Positions 1-12,103 of a DNA stretch of 64,000 bases are shown one piece after another. Each line of letters begins with the position of its first letter. The stretch's first letter is position 1. Location of the stretch: contig OZ024765.1 of assembly GCA_964016885.1 (NCBI GenBank), positions 11,408,001-11,472,000 on the forward strand. The letters run 5' to 3'. The notes beneath the pieces are model-generated. The model was not told the DNA's origin, made no database searches, and worked only from the letters and a program-made list of their open reading frames with translations. A program made the position numbers and the translations under genes. Source of the stretch: Eledone cirrhosa (lineage: Eukaryota).

Positions 1-69
1 ATATTGTTATACTTGGGGAGGGTCATATTTGTGTAATATTGCCAGAATTAATATCAAAACATATATATT

Positions 70-100
<31 letters not shown>

Positions 101-258
101 GTATATATATTTTTTATAAATCTATATGTATGTATATATATATATATATAAATATATATATATATTTATATATATATTTATATATATATATGTATGTATA
201 TATATTTACATATAAATATATATGTATATATATATAGGGAGACATATATGTACATATA

Positions 259-331
<73 letters not shown>

Positions 332-537
332 GAGAGTGTCATTAAGAATGAGAATTAAAAAAAATCTCATATCCCAGTAAAGTAGTGATGATGTGAATTG
401 ACGAACAACAGTTAATAAGATTGAGAAAAATGGAATAAGCTCTTATATGAGCTTATTCCATTTTGTGACTTTAATATAGGCCTGTATATATGTATATATA
501 TATATATATACACATATAATATATATATATACATATA

Positions 538-591
<54 letters not shown>

Positions 592-597
592 CACACA

Positions 598-631
<34 letters not shown>

Positions 632-838
632 CACATATATATACACACACATATATATATATATACACACATATTATATATAAATATACACACACATATA
701 ATATATATATATATGTGTCTTTGAAATGAAAAGTAATATATAGTGTTCCTTATATTACATTGTATTTCAAATTATACAAAAACAGTGCAGTTCATTCGGA
801 ATTAATAAAACATACACAGCTATCTATGTATGAATATC

Positions 839-916
<78 letters not shown>

Positions 917-919
<3 letters not shown>

Positions 920-1198
920 GTACCACAACATCCAGCCCGAAACAAATGAGGTCGTGTAGGTGTCACGACAAAAAAACACACAGTCCACGCTGTAATGTGG
1001 CCGTGTAGGTAACATGGTAAAAACCTCCCAGTCCACACTGTAAATGTGGTTGGTGTTAGGAAGGGCATCCAGCCGTAGAAAACCTGCCAGACAGTCCTAT
1101 GCAAGCAAGTCAACCACTCTTGCCTCAAGTGGGAAAACTCCAGTCCAAACCCATGCAAGCGTGGAATATGGACGTTAAACGATGATGATGATGATGAT
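917..1198 (+). mobile_element. RTE-related non-autonomous retroposon/SINE body (family B) with (GAT)n tail
   Basis: GTTGGTGTTAGGAAGGGCATCCAGCCGTAGAAA motif and (GAT)n 3' tail; homologous copies at ~6990-7100, 7545-8300, 15770-15935, 35400-35620, 36045-36195, 59972-60348. Confidence 0.75.
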
Positions 1199-1204
1199 AT
1201 ATAT

Positions 1205-1564
1205 ATGTGCAATGTCAATGTGTGTGAACGACCCAGCATGGATGTGTTGAGAGAGAAACTGCGTCTGAGAGGGATAGAATGTAGTGTGCGAGAGAAGAGA
1301 CTGCGGTGGTATGGACATGTGATGCGCATGGAGGATGACCGATGGGTGAAGAAGTGCCAGGAAATGCCAGTTGAAGGAAGACGTGGTAGAGGTAGACCAC
1401 GAAAAACATGGGCGGAGGTGGTGAGAAGAAACCCCAGATCGTTGAAGCTCACTGTGGAGATGACGAAGGACCGTGACAAGTGGAGAGATGCTGTGCTGAA
1501 TAAGACCCGTCCCACCCTTGCAAGCAGGGAAAAGCGGACGTATGATGATGATGATGATGATGAT
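1205..1564 (+). mobile_element. RTE-clade LINE 3' end (RT C-terminal region)
   Basis: RLRWYGHVMRM...WVKK...GRRGRGRPRKTW...DRDKWR, followed by (GAT)n tail. Confidence 0.9.
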
Positions 1565-1592
1565 ATATTATAATAATAATTTTTAAAAAAGG

Positions 1593-1810
1593 ACAATTTT
1601 TTTATGTCTTCATTACATTCATTGATTAGTGACGCGCGTTTCGCTCTTGATCAGCTCAAGATTCGATCTATATCGATCTAGCCCGACTCTGGAATCAAAA
1701 GCTCATCGGACCTCTGCTGTGGTAACGACAGAATCCAGAGTTGAGCAAGATCAATACCGATTGAACCATCAGTGTCACTACTCAATAAATGTAATGAAGA
1801 CATAACGAAT
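1593..1810 (-). mobile_element. Fold-back PLE-type element with hammerhead ribozyme motif (long stem II)
   Basis: Outer arms TATGTCTTCATTACATT.ATTGA.TAGTGAC / reverse complement; minus strand CCGAUGA(1709-1703)-GCUUUUGAU...AUCAAGAGC-GAAA-CGCGCG-UC. Confidence 0.65.
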
Positions 1811-1837
1811 CATCCTTTTTTATTATTATTATTATTA

Positions 1838-2340
1838 GGGCGGTGGATTGGCAGTATCGGTGGAGGGCCGGACGCCATGCTTTGACGCATAGAGTTACGG
1901 CCCTTGCCATTCTGAGTTCAAATCCCGCCGAGGTTAACTTTGCCTTTCATCCTTACGGGGTCGATAAAATAAAGTACCAGTAATACACTGGGTAATTGCT
2001 GGCCTTGTGCCAAAAGTAGAAACAATTATTATTATAGCCGAGGTAAACTTTGCCTTTCATCCTTACGGGGTCGATAAAATAAAGTACCAGTAATGCACTG
2101 GGTAATTGCTGGCCTTGTGCCAAAAGTAGAAACAATTATTATTAGGGCGGTGGATTGGCAGTATCGGTGGAGGGTCGGACGCCATGCTTTCCAGCATAGA
2201 GTTACGTCCCTTTACGATCTGAGTTCAAATCCCGCCGAGGTTGACTTTGCCTTTCATCCTTACGGGGGTCGATAAAATAAAGTACCAGCAATGCACTGGG
2301 TAATTGCTGGCCTTGTGCCTAAAGTAGAAACAATTATTAC
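1838..2340 (+). mobile_element. Cluster of tRNA-derived SINEs (family A): two full copies and one partial
   Basis: A-box-like TGGCAGTATCGG, B-box GAGTTCAAATCC, core GCCTTTCATCCTTACGGGGTCGATAAAATAAAGTACCAG (resembles the Meta/MESC SINE domain), (ATT)n tail; more than 12 copies in the window. Confidence 0.9.
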
Positions 2341-2476
2341 AATTACACTCTGCTTAACTCTACACCTCTTTACCAACTGGAAACTACACATCAAATGCTC
2401 ACTTGGGTGAACCTACAGTAATGGCATGTTACAGTCTCTCTCTCCTTCTCTCTCTCTCTCTCTCTCATATATAGAT

Positions 2477-2830
2477 ATATTAAAATACAAATATTAATAA
2501 AATAGATGTTCTTTTGATCAATTACATTTTATTATACATATTTCGAATGTACAACTGTACATCCTCATCAGACAAAATATAATGATACATTTAATCTTAA
2601 CCATTTAACATCTCAGGCTATGTCATGTATCATTATATTTTGTCTGATGAGGACGTACAGTCGTACATCCGAAATATGTATAATAAAATGTAATTGATCA
2701 AAAGAACATCTATTTTATAAATATTTGTATTTTAATATTAATAACTCTGGAAAATTTTTTTATTCTTAGAGTGCTTCCAATCTACTGTAAAATTCATTCT
2801 TTGACATACTCATCGAATCTTGTTTAACTA
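2477..2830 (+). mobile_element. Palindromic PLE pLTR-type element with a hammerhead motif on both arms plus a single-copy tail
   Basis: Arms 2477-2590 / 2625-2738; CUGAUGA 2644, stem II GGACGUAC..GUACAUCC, GAAA 2671, UAUGUA-UA; tail contains ACTCTGG...GAGTGCTT. Confidence 0.8.
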
Positions 2831-2853
2831 TTTAAAATATATATATATATTAT

Positions 2854-2911
<58 letters not shown>

Positions 2912-2915
<4 letters not shown>

Positions 2916-3200
2916 AAGTCATTAAGGTGCCACTTCTTGGAACCTGGATGCATCCAAGTTGTTATATATTTGTCTTTTTGCTGAAAGAGAGTGTTCCCAA
3001 CAACACAATCCACTTCAGCGGACATCTGCAACAGAAGTAGGCCATTGTTATTGGACTTTCCCACTCCAAGCTTCCCAGTCATTACCGACACGTGCATTAA
3101 AATCGCCTAGGATGACAATCTTGTCTACATAAGGGATACTTTGGATGACCTCCTTCAGAGACATGTAGAAAGCTAGTTTTTCATCATTACTAGCGCACAG
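2912..3200 (-). mobile_element. LINE (RTE-like) AP-endonuclease fragment, frameshifted
   Basis: EKLAFYMSLKEVIQSIPYVDKIVILGDFNA...GVGKSNNNGLLLLQ...VVGNTLFQQKDKYITTWMHPGSKKWHLNDF. Confidence 0.9.
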
Positions 3201-3209
3201 GTACAGTCA

Positions 3210-3425
3210 GGTCTTCAATTTTAAAGGTTTTAGCGATCTCTTTACTGGTTTCATTCAAGGAAGGCGCTCTGTTCTACTTTTAAAAAAAAGTTAGTGATGG
3301 CATTTTTTGCCAGTTTCTGGTAGGCCGGCATGTCCACTGCATAAAGGTTTTTGCTTTTATCAGAGGGGATTTCAAGGTTCTGGGAATTTTTCATTTTCTA
3401 TAGTTCGCCTTTTATGTAGTCCTAT
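3210..3425 (-). mobile_element. Penelope-like element RT N-terminal fragment (pseudo)
   Basis: KMKNSQNLEIPSDKSKNLYAVDMPAYQKLAKNAIT...ETSKEIAKTFKIED matches the PLE 'ADKT.N.Y...Y..L....IT' pre-RT block (recognised by eye). Confidence 0.7.
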
Positions 3426-3619
3426 TACAATCACAACACTAACAACAGCAACAACAACGACCACAACCTTAACAACAACCACCACAGCACTAACAACAAC
3501 CACCACAGCCCTAACAACAACCACCACAGCCCTAACAACAACAACAACAACAACAATGGATCACCATGTGTTGATTCTAAAAGTGTAACTTAGCAATTGA
3601 ACAAATACAAAGAGATCAA

Positions 3620-4545
3620 TAGTGGTGATGGTGGTGGTGGCGGTGGTGTGTAGTGATGGTGGTGTTGGGGTGGAGGTGGTGGTGTGTAGTGGTGGCAGTG
3701 AGGTGGTGTTGGTGTTGGTGTGTGGTGATGGTAGTGGTAGTGGTGTGTGGTAGTGTGGTGGTGGTGGTGTGTAGTGTTGGTGGTGTGGTGTTGGGGTGGA
3801 GGTGGTGGTAGCAGTGGAGGTGGTGTTGGTATGTGGTGATGGTGGTGGTGGTGTGTGATGGCGGTGGTGTTGGGGTGATCAATACAATCAATTGATCTGT
3901 TACAGTTCAATGACTGAATCAGGTTAAAGAATAATTGAATGGAAGATTAAGTTTATTTATTTTGAAGGGTGGTCGTGGTGTGGTGGTGTGGTGGTGGTGG
4001 TGTAGTGGTGTGGTGGTGGTGGTGTAGTGGTGTGGTGGTGGTGTAGTGGTGTGGTGGTGGTGTGGTGGTGTGGTATGTTGGTGTTGGTGGTGTGGTTGTG
4101 GTGGTGGTGTGGTTGTGGTGGTGTAGTGGTGGTGTTGGTGGTGTAGTGGTGGTGTTGGTGGTGGTGCTTTGGTGTGATATGTTGATGTGGTGGTGTTGGT
4201 GTGGTGGTGGTGTTGGTGGTGGTGTTGGTGGTGTTGGTGGTGTTGGTGGTGTGGTGGTGGTGGTGGTGGTGGTGTTGGTGTTGGTGGTGTGGTAGTGTTT
4301 GTGGTGGTGTTGGTGGTGTGGTGGTGTTGGTGTGTTGGTGTTGGTGGTGTGGTAGTGTTGGCAGTGTGGTGTGATATGTTGGTGGTGTGGTGGTGGTGTT
4401 GGTGGTGTGGTAGTGTTGGTGGTGTTGGTGGTGTGGTGTGATATGTTGGTGGTGTGGTGGTGGTGTTGGTGGTGGTGTTGGTGGTGTTGGTGGTGGTGTT
4501 GGTGGTGTGGTAGTGTTGGTGGTGTGGTGTGATATGTTGGTGGTC
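3620..4545. repeat. (GGT/GTGTG)n compound microsatellite
   Basis: Directly visible. Confidence 0.95.
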
Positions 4546-4746
4546 TAGTTTAACTTAAATCTACCTTCCTAACAAATCATCTCCAATCGATCCTTTAAGA
4601 CCTTCACAGGAATAATCCTTTGATAATGGGTTTTAAAACCCCAAAATATGCTAAGGTAAGATTCTATTATTATCTAAGCAATTTTAATTTTCTAATGCAT
4701 TGTAAGGTTTTCAAAATTATTTAAATTTATAAAATTTATAAATAAT

Positions 4747-4934
4747 TGTTTCTACTTTAGGCACAAGGCCAGAAATGATCCCAGTGTATTACTGGTACTT
4801 TATTTTATCGACCCCTTAAGGATGAAAGGCAAAGTTAACCTCGGCGGGATTTGAACTCAGACTATAAAGGGCCGTAACTCTATGCTGTAAAGCATGGCGT
4901 CCGACCCTCTACCGATACTGCCAATCCATCGCCG
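4747..4934 (-). mobile_element. SINE family A with 17-bp target-site duplication
   Basis: Reverse complement of the 1838 SINE; TAAAATTTATAAATAAT at 4730 and 4935. Confidence 0.9.
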
Positions 4935-5159
4935 TAAAATTTATAAATAATGAGACTTTTAATGCAATTATTCTGCCAATTCACAGCCTGAATGGACCGG
5001 AGCAATGATAAGTAAAGTGTCTTGCTGAAGGGTATAATGTGCTGTTGGGAATTAAACACATGGCTTTAAAATTGTGAACTGTACAACCTAACTATTAAGT
5101 CACATGTTCCATGTTTTAGATAAAACATGGAACAACCAGCAGCCCTCTTTCTCGCTCCA

Positions 5160-6547
5160 TGTCTGCATCTCTCTATCTATCTCTTGACCTCTCTCTCTCT
5201 CTATCTGTGTGTGTGTCTCTCTCTCTCTCTCCCCCCTCACTCTCTCTCCCCCTGTGACTCTTTCTCTCTCTATATATATATCTTGACTTCTCTCTATCTA
5301 TCTCTTGATATCTCTCTCTCTCTATCTGTGTGTCTCTCTCTCTCTCCCCACTCTCTCTAATACTTTGTCTATCTCTCCCCCCCTCACTCACTATCCCCCT
5401 GTGACTCTTTCTCTCTCTATATATATATATCTTGACTTCTCTCTATCTATCTCTTGATCTCTCTCTCTCTCTATCTGTGTGTGTCTCTCTCTCTCTCTCC
5501 CCCTGTGACTCTTTCTCTCTCTATATATATATCTTGACTTTTCTCTATCTATCTCTTGATCTCTCTCTCTCTCTATCTGTGTGTGTCTCTCTCTCTCTCT
5601 CCCCACTCTCTCTAATACTTTGTCTATCTCTCCGCCCCTCACTCTCTATCCCCCTGTGACTCTTTCTCTCTCTATATATATATATCTTGACTTCTCTCTA
5701 TCTATCTATCTCTGTCTTTCTCTATTGTTCTGTGTGTGTGTCTCTCTCTCTCTCTCTTACACACTCTCTATGTGTCCATCTCTCTTTGTGAGTTTCTCTC
5801 TCTCTTGCTCTTTGAACCCCTCTCTCTCTCTTTCTCTGTACCTTTCTCCCTCTCTCTCTCTTTTTCTCCCTCTCTCTCTGTACCTCTCTCCCTCTCTCTC
5901 TCTTTGAACCCCTCTCTCTCTCTTTCTCTGTACCTTTCTCCCTCTCTCTCTCTTTGAACCCCCCTCTCTCTCTTTCTCTGTACCTTTCTCCCTCTCTCTC
6001 TCTTTGTACCCCCTCTCTCTCTTTCTCCCTCTCTCTCTATACCTCTCTCCCTCTCTCTCTCTTTGAACCCCTCTCTCTCTCTTTCTCTGTACCTTTCTCC
6101 CTCTCTCTCTGTACCTCTCTCCCTCTCTCTCTCTTTCTCTGTACCTTTCTCCCTCTCTCTCTCTTTCTCCCTCTCTCTCTGTACCTCTCTCCCTCTCTCT
6201 CAACAAGCAAGGGTCTTCCAACACTAAACAGGTGTAAGTTAACGGGAGGCAGGTAGATGAGATAGATCAGAACACCTGGGAAATGAAATATTTCAACTGC
6301 TCAGATGATTCACGTGATGTGGAAGTTGTCAGCTTCGGTTACCTTGGTGATCTAATTAGCGTTGCTGATGGCTGTCGACAGAGAGAGAGAGAGATAAAGA
6401 GAGAGAAGGACAGAGACAGAGTGAGAGGGGGGGAGAAAGAGACTAAGAGAGAGAGACTAAGAGAGAAATAGAGAGACAGAGAGAGAGAGAGACTAAGAGA
6501 GAGGGAAAGAGACTAAGAGAGAGAGACTAAGAGAGAAAGAGAGCGAA

Positions 6548-6608
<61 letters not shown>

Positions 6609-6779
6609 AAAAGAGAGAGAGGGGAGAAAAAGAGAGAGAGGGGATACAAAGAGAGAGAGAGGGAGAAAGGTACAGAGAAAGAGAGAGAGAGGGGTTCAAA
6701 GAGCAAGAGAGAGAGAAACTCACAAAGAGAGATGGACACAGAGAGAGAGAGAGAGAGAGAGAAAGAGACTAAGAGAGAA

Positions 6780-6814
<35 letters not shown>

Positions 6815-6830
6815 GACTAAGAGAGAGATA
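5160..6830. repeat. (CT)n-rich block and inverted (AG)n-rich block
   Basis: 5771-5860 is repeated as its reverse complement at 6655-6740. Confidence 0.9.
6225..6375 (+). mobile_element. RTE LINE RT fragment
   Basis: DVEVVSFGYLGDLISVADGC resembles the RTE 'EVV.SF.YLGD.IS..GGC' block. Confidence 0.7.
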
Positions 6831-7122
6831 TGAACAGGTGCAATTGAAGTCAAGGTCACTGTTTTTTGTTGTTCTTTAACCCTAGGTCAGCTCTGATAGA
6901 GCAATGCTATAACAGAAGATATTCCCTCTGAACAGGGAATATCTTCTGTTTGGAAGGGCATCCAACTGTAGAAATCAAGCCAAAATCAGTTCCCATATGA
7001 GCAAAACAAGGACACCTGACCTGGCATTATCCGCAACAAGACAACCCGTCTAACCCATGCTAGTGTGGAAGAATGGACATAAAACGATGATGATGATGAT
7101 GATATATATATATATATATAGA

Positions 7123-7530
7123 AAGGAACAAAGAATCAGTTTTGCATAATATACATATTTATTAAATATTACATATGTTTCATCATCGATCAGCTCGAGG
7201 AACGATCTATTAATGATCGAACCTGACACTGGATTCGGAAGCTCCCAAGACATGTTTTAATATGCAGGTTCGAGTCTGAGATTCAGACGCTAGCCTGCAT
7301 ATTAAAACATATCTGAGGATCTTCCGGTTCCAGAGTCAGGTTCGATCAATAATAGATCGTTCCTCGAGCTGATCGACGATGAAACATATGTAATATTTAA
7401 TAAATATGTATATGAGGCAACACTAATTCTTTGTTCCTTATACATGTGAATACTATTGATACTCTGCTACACAAGAGCATCGAGTGCTCACTCAGCATAC
7501 TGCCTATGGACGCAATTAACTTGCACCTTA
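7123..7530 (+). mobile_element. Palindromic PLE-type element with hammerhead motif (long stem II) plus tail
   Basis: Arms ~7123-7268 / 7294-7439; CUGAGGA 7313 ... GAAA 7381-CAUAUG-UA; tail ACTCTG...GAGTGCTC. Confidence 0.75.
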
Positions 7531-7544
7531 ACACACACACACAT

Positions 7545-8390
7545 CATCATCATCATCATCATCATCGTTTAACGTCCATCTTCCACGCTTGCATGGGTTT
7601 GGACGGGAGTTTTCCCACTTGAGGCAAGATTGGTTGGCTTGCTCGTATAGGACTGTCTGGCTGGTTTTCTACGGCTGGATGCCCTTCCTAACACTAACCA
7701 CGTTTACAGTGTGGACTGGGAGGTTTTTACCGTGCTACCTACACGGCCACATTACAGCGTGGACTGTGTGTTTTTTTGTCGTGACACCTATACGTCTGGC
7801 GGGTTTTCTACGGCTGGGTGCCCTTCCTAACACCAACCACGTTTACAGTGTGGAACTGGGAGGTTTTTACCGTGTTACCTACACGGCCACATTACAGCGT
7901 GGACTGTGTGTTTTTTTGTCGTGACACCTATACGTCTGGATGCCCTTCCTAACACCAACCACGTTTACAGTGTGGAACTGGGAGGTTTTTACCGTGTTAC
8001 CTACACGGCCACATTACAGCGTGGACTGTGTGTTTTTTTGTCGTGACACCTATACGTCTGGATGCCCTTCCTAACACCAACCACGTTTACAGTGTGGAAC
8101 TGGGAGGTTTTTACCGTGTTACCTACACGGCCACATTACAGCGTGGACTGTGTGTTTTTTTGTCGTGACACCTACACAACCTCATTTGTTTCGAACTGGA
8201 TGTTGTGGCACCAACATAACTTTACATCGAAAGGGGTGGTGTGGATGGGGTGGGGGTATTGGGACGGAGGTGTATTTTTGTTAGAGGTGCCTACTGACTG
8301 TGGATTTCGCTTTGTACTTAGGCAATGCGGGTCTTCTGTATTACTGTGTAGCGCCAAAGATCTCGGTCCAGTGACATTGTCTTGGAATAT
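7545..8390 (-). mobile_element. Family B retroposon with ~4 internal ~120-bp tandem duplications, joined to an RTE 3' piece
   Basis: Repeated GCCCTTCCTAACACCAACC...GTCGTGACACCTA units; 8315-8385 minus strand reads DRDLWRYTVIQKTR. Confidence 0.8.
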
Positions 8391-8892
8391 ATAAAAGATG
8401 CATCAAGATGCATGTGTATGCAAACAGATACGATTAACACACACTAATAGATGCAGCCACACCCTATTACACACACATGAAACCTCATGCACACAAGCGC
8501 ACTCCATTACACAGATGCACAATGATATGCACAAATGCACACTGATGTGCACAGTTGCATGCTAACAAACACTAAAGCATATGCATACCAACATGCAAAC
8601 TACCACACACGTATGCATACTGATGCACTTACACACATACATAAATACATGCACATACACACACGCGGACAGACACATACATACATGCACATATGTGCAC
8701 ATGCATTTATACATATGCACCTGCATTTATACCTATACACATACATATGTACACACACAAATAGACATATATACACATACTTATGTACACACACAAATAG
8801 ACATATATACACATACTTATGTACACACACAAATAGACATATATACACATACTTATGTACACACACAAATAGACATATATACACATACATAA

Positions 8893-8925
<33 letters not shown>

Positions 8926-9513
8926 CATCAGGAGTAGACACATGCACATGTATATATAAACATATGCACACACGTATTATATACATATATATATATATAC
9001 GCATACATATGCATATACATGCAATCACATAGACACACTCATATAAACATTTACACAAAAATATACATAAACACACAAACATATATACACATACACACAT
9101 CATATGTATGCACATATATACATACACATATATACACATATACATACATACATACTAATGTACATACACACAGACAGACACACACATATATACATTCATA
9201 CATATGTACACATACACACTCTTGCACATATATATATATACACACATTTAGATATACACAATCATATGTACATACACACACATATATATACATAGATACA
9301 GATATATACCTACACACACATATACACAGGCACAGATACATACACATATATATATATATATACATACATATACCCAACATACATATATACGTATACACAC
9401 CTATACACATACACACACACATATATGTACATATACATCCTCATGTACATACAAACATACATACACCAATCACACATATATACATACATATATGCATACA
9501 CACATATATACAT

Positions 9514-9583
<70 letters not shown>

Positions 9584-9620
9584 GCATCATTATCATTTTA
9601 TGTCCGCTCTTCCCTGCTTG

Positions 9621-9673
<53 letters not shown>

Positions 9674-9679
<6 letters not shown>

Positions 9680-10023
9680 TGCCCCCTCGTTATCGAGTAT
9701 GGCCATTGCATGATATAACATTATTCACAATTATTAATTAATTCTATCGTGCAATGCCTGTGCATGAAGATATCTTTTAAAGTGAGGAAAGACTGTGCAC
9801 TGAGCCAATCCCACTCTCTGAGAGACAGTAGCTATAACCCGAAAAGAAGAAAAGATCAACATCATCGGTAACTACTGAGCCGCAGGTTTTATATGGGAGT
9901 TATCCCAGTTTCCTGAGTTACCTTCTCCTAGAAGAATGCCCTGACAAAGGCTAGGGGTCCTTCACTCCCAGTGGTTTAACCGCGCGATCGGGTGTCCAGC
10001 CCGACTATTTCTATGTCCCCACG
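9674..10023 (-). mobile_element. Non-autonomous bipartite RTE derivative (5'-UTR-like part plus RTE 3' end)
   Basis: 3' end TGCAATGGCCATACTCGATAACGAG..GCAGCCATC is shared with the RTE at 36655-37230; TAGGAGAAGG motif; copies at 37700-37950, 37970-38912, 62772-63178. Confidence 0.7.
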
Positions 10024-10475
10024 CATATACATACACATGCAGCCATGTGTATACACATATACATATACGTACATATGCACATGTGCATATACATATTTAC
10101 ACACTTTTGGATGGCCGTTGACTCTTATCAGTCATATATTTATATACACATATATACATATATCCATACACACATATACATAGACACACATACACATATA
10201 TATATTTATATACATATATATATACATATACACATACATATATGCATACACACACATATACATAGACACACATACACATATATATTTACATACACATATA
10301 TACATATACACATATATATTTACATACACATATATACATATACACATAAATATATGCATACACACATGTGCATACATACACACACATATTTATATACACA
10401 CATATACATATACACATACATATATGCATACACACATATATACATAGACACACATACACATAAATTTACATACAC

Positions 10476-10507
<32 letters not shown>

Positions 10508-10513
10508 ACATAT

Positions 10514-10556
<43 letters not shown>

Positions 10557-10864
10557 TACATACACATATATACATACATACACATATACAGACACACGCA
10601 TAAATATATACATATACACACATATATGCATATACACACATATATACATGCACACACATACACACACACATATGTACATACATATATATATAAATATTTA
10701 CATACATACACCCAATCACATCATGGCTCCAGTTCCTTTTCTCTCCCTGCACCTTATACGCCCCTCCCTATCTCTATCCAGCCCCTCTCTCACCTTGATT
10801 GCAAATCATTTGATATCAAAATATTTCTGTCTATCTATCTATCTATCTATTAATCTATCTATTA

Positions 10865-10918
<54 letters not shown>

Positions 10919-11178
10919 TAATCTATCTATCTATCTGTCTATCTACCTATCTGTCTGTCTATGTCTATCTATCTGTCCGTCTGTCTGTGTCTATCTATCT
11001 ATCTATCTATGTCTGTCTACCTATCTGTCTGTCTATGTCTATCTATCTATATGTCTGTCTGTCTGTGTCTGTCTATCTGTGTCTATCTATTTATCTACCT
11101 GTCTGTCTATGTCTATCTGTTTGTCTGTCTATATCTATCTATATATCTATCTATCTAGCTATCTATCTATATACCCAT

Positions 11179-11230
<52 letters not shown>

Positions 11231-11406
11231 ATCTATCTATCTATCTATCATATTTTCCCTAGTAAAATGTAAGTTTTAAGTGTTTTGGAGAAGAGGAAAT
11301 GACAAAAGAGAAGCGGGGAAGAGGAGGGGAGGGGGGAGAAACAGATAGACAGACATACAGACAAATAGATAGATAGGTAGATAGACTGACAGACAAAAAG
11401 ATAAAC

Positions 11407-11437
<31 letters not shown>

Positions 11438-11739
11438 AAATCGAAGAAAAGGTGAGAGGAGAGGAAAGGGCTGATAATGAGTGTCCGTGTCCGTGTGTGT
11501 GTGTGTGGGGGGGGGGGGGGGGTTATAACAACTGGCAAAATAAACCGTCTAACATGTGTGGAAGGTTGTTGTGGTTGTGGTTTTACAGTTGTCGTTTTAG
11601 TACCTGTTTTGTTGTGGTATTTGTGGTCGTTGTTGGTAATGGTTGGGATTGTGTATGGCTCAGTTTCAGTGTTGTTGTGCCTGCTGCTGTTAGTACTACT
11701 AATACTATACTTTTGCTGCTGTTGTTGTTGTTGGTGTTC

Positions 11740-11776
11740 TTACTGTTGCTGCTGTTGTCATTGGTATTTTGTTGTT

Positions 11777-11807
<31 letters not shown>

Positions 11808-12069
11808 TTGCCATTGATGGTGGTGTTGATGCTGCTTTTGTTGTTGTTGTGTCTGCTGCTGTTGCTGTTGTTGTCATTGGTGCTGTTGTCGTTGCCGTTG
11901 TTGTTGTTGTTGTTGTGATTGTCGGTAGCTGTTGTGCCTGCTACTGTTGCTGCTGCTACTACTACTACTAGTGCTATACTTTTGCTGCTGTTGTTGCTGT
12001 TGCTGCTGTTGTCATTAATGCTGCTGATGATGTTGTTGTTTTTGTTGTTGGTGTTGCCATTGTTTTTGT

Positions 12070-12103
<34 letters not shown>

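Noticed and set aside
426-464. Small hairpin AAAATGGAATAAGCTC-N6-GAGCTTATTCCATTTT as a terminator or miRNA
   Set aside because: Only 16-bp arms, no convincing hammerhead core and no other support for function.
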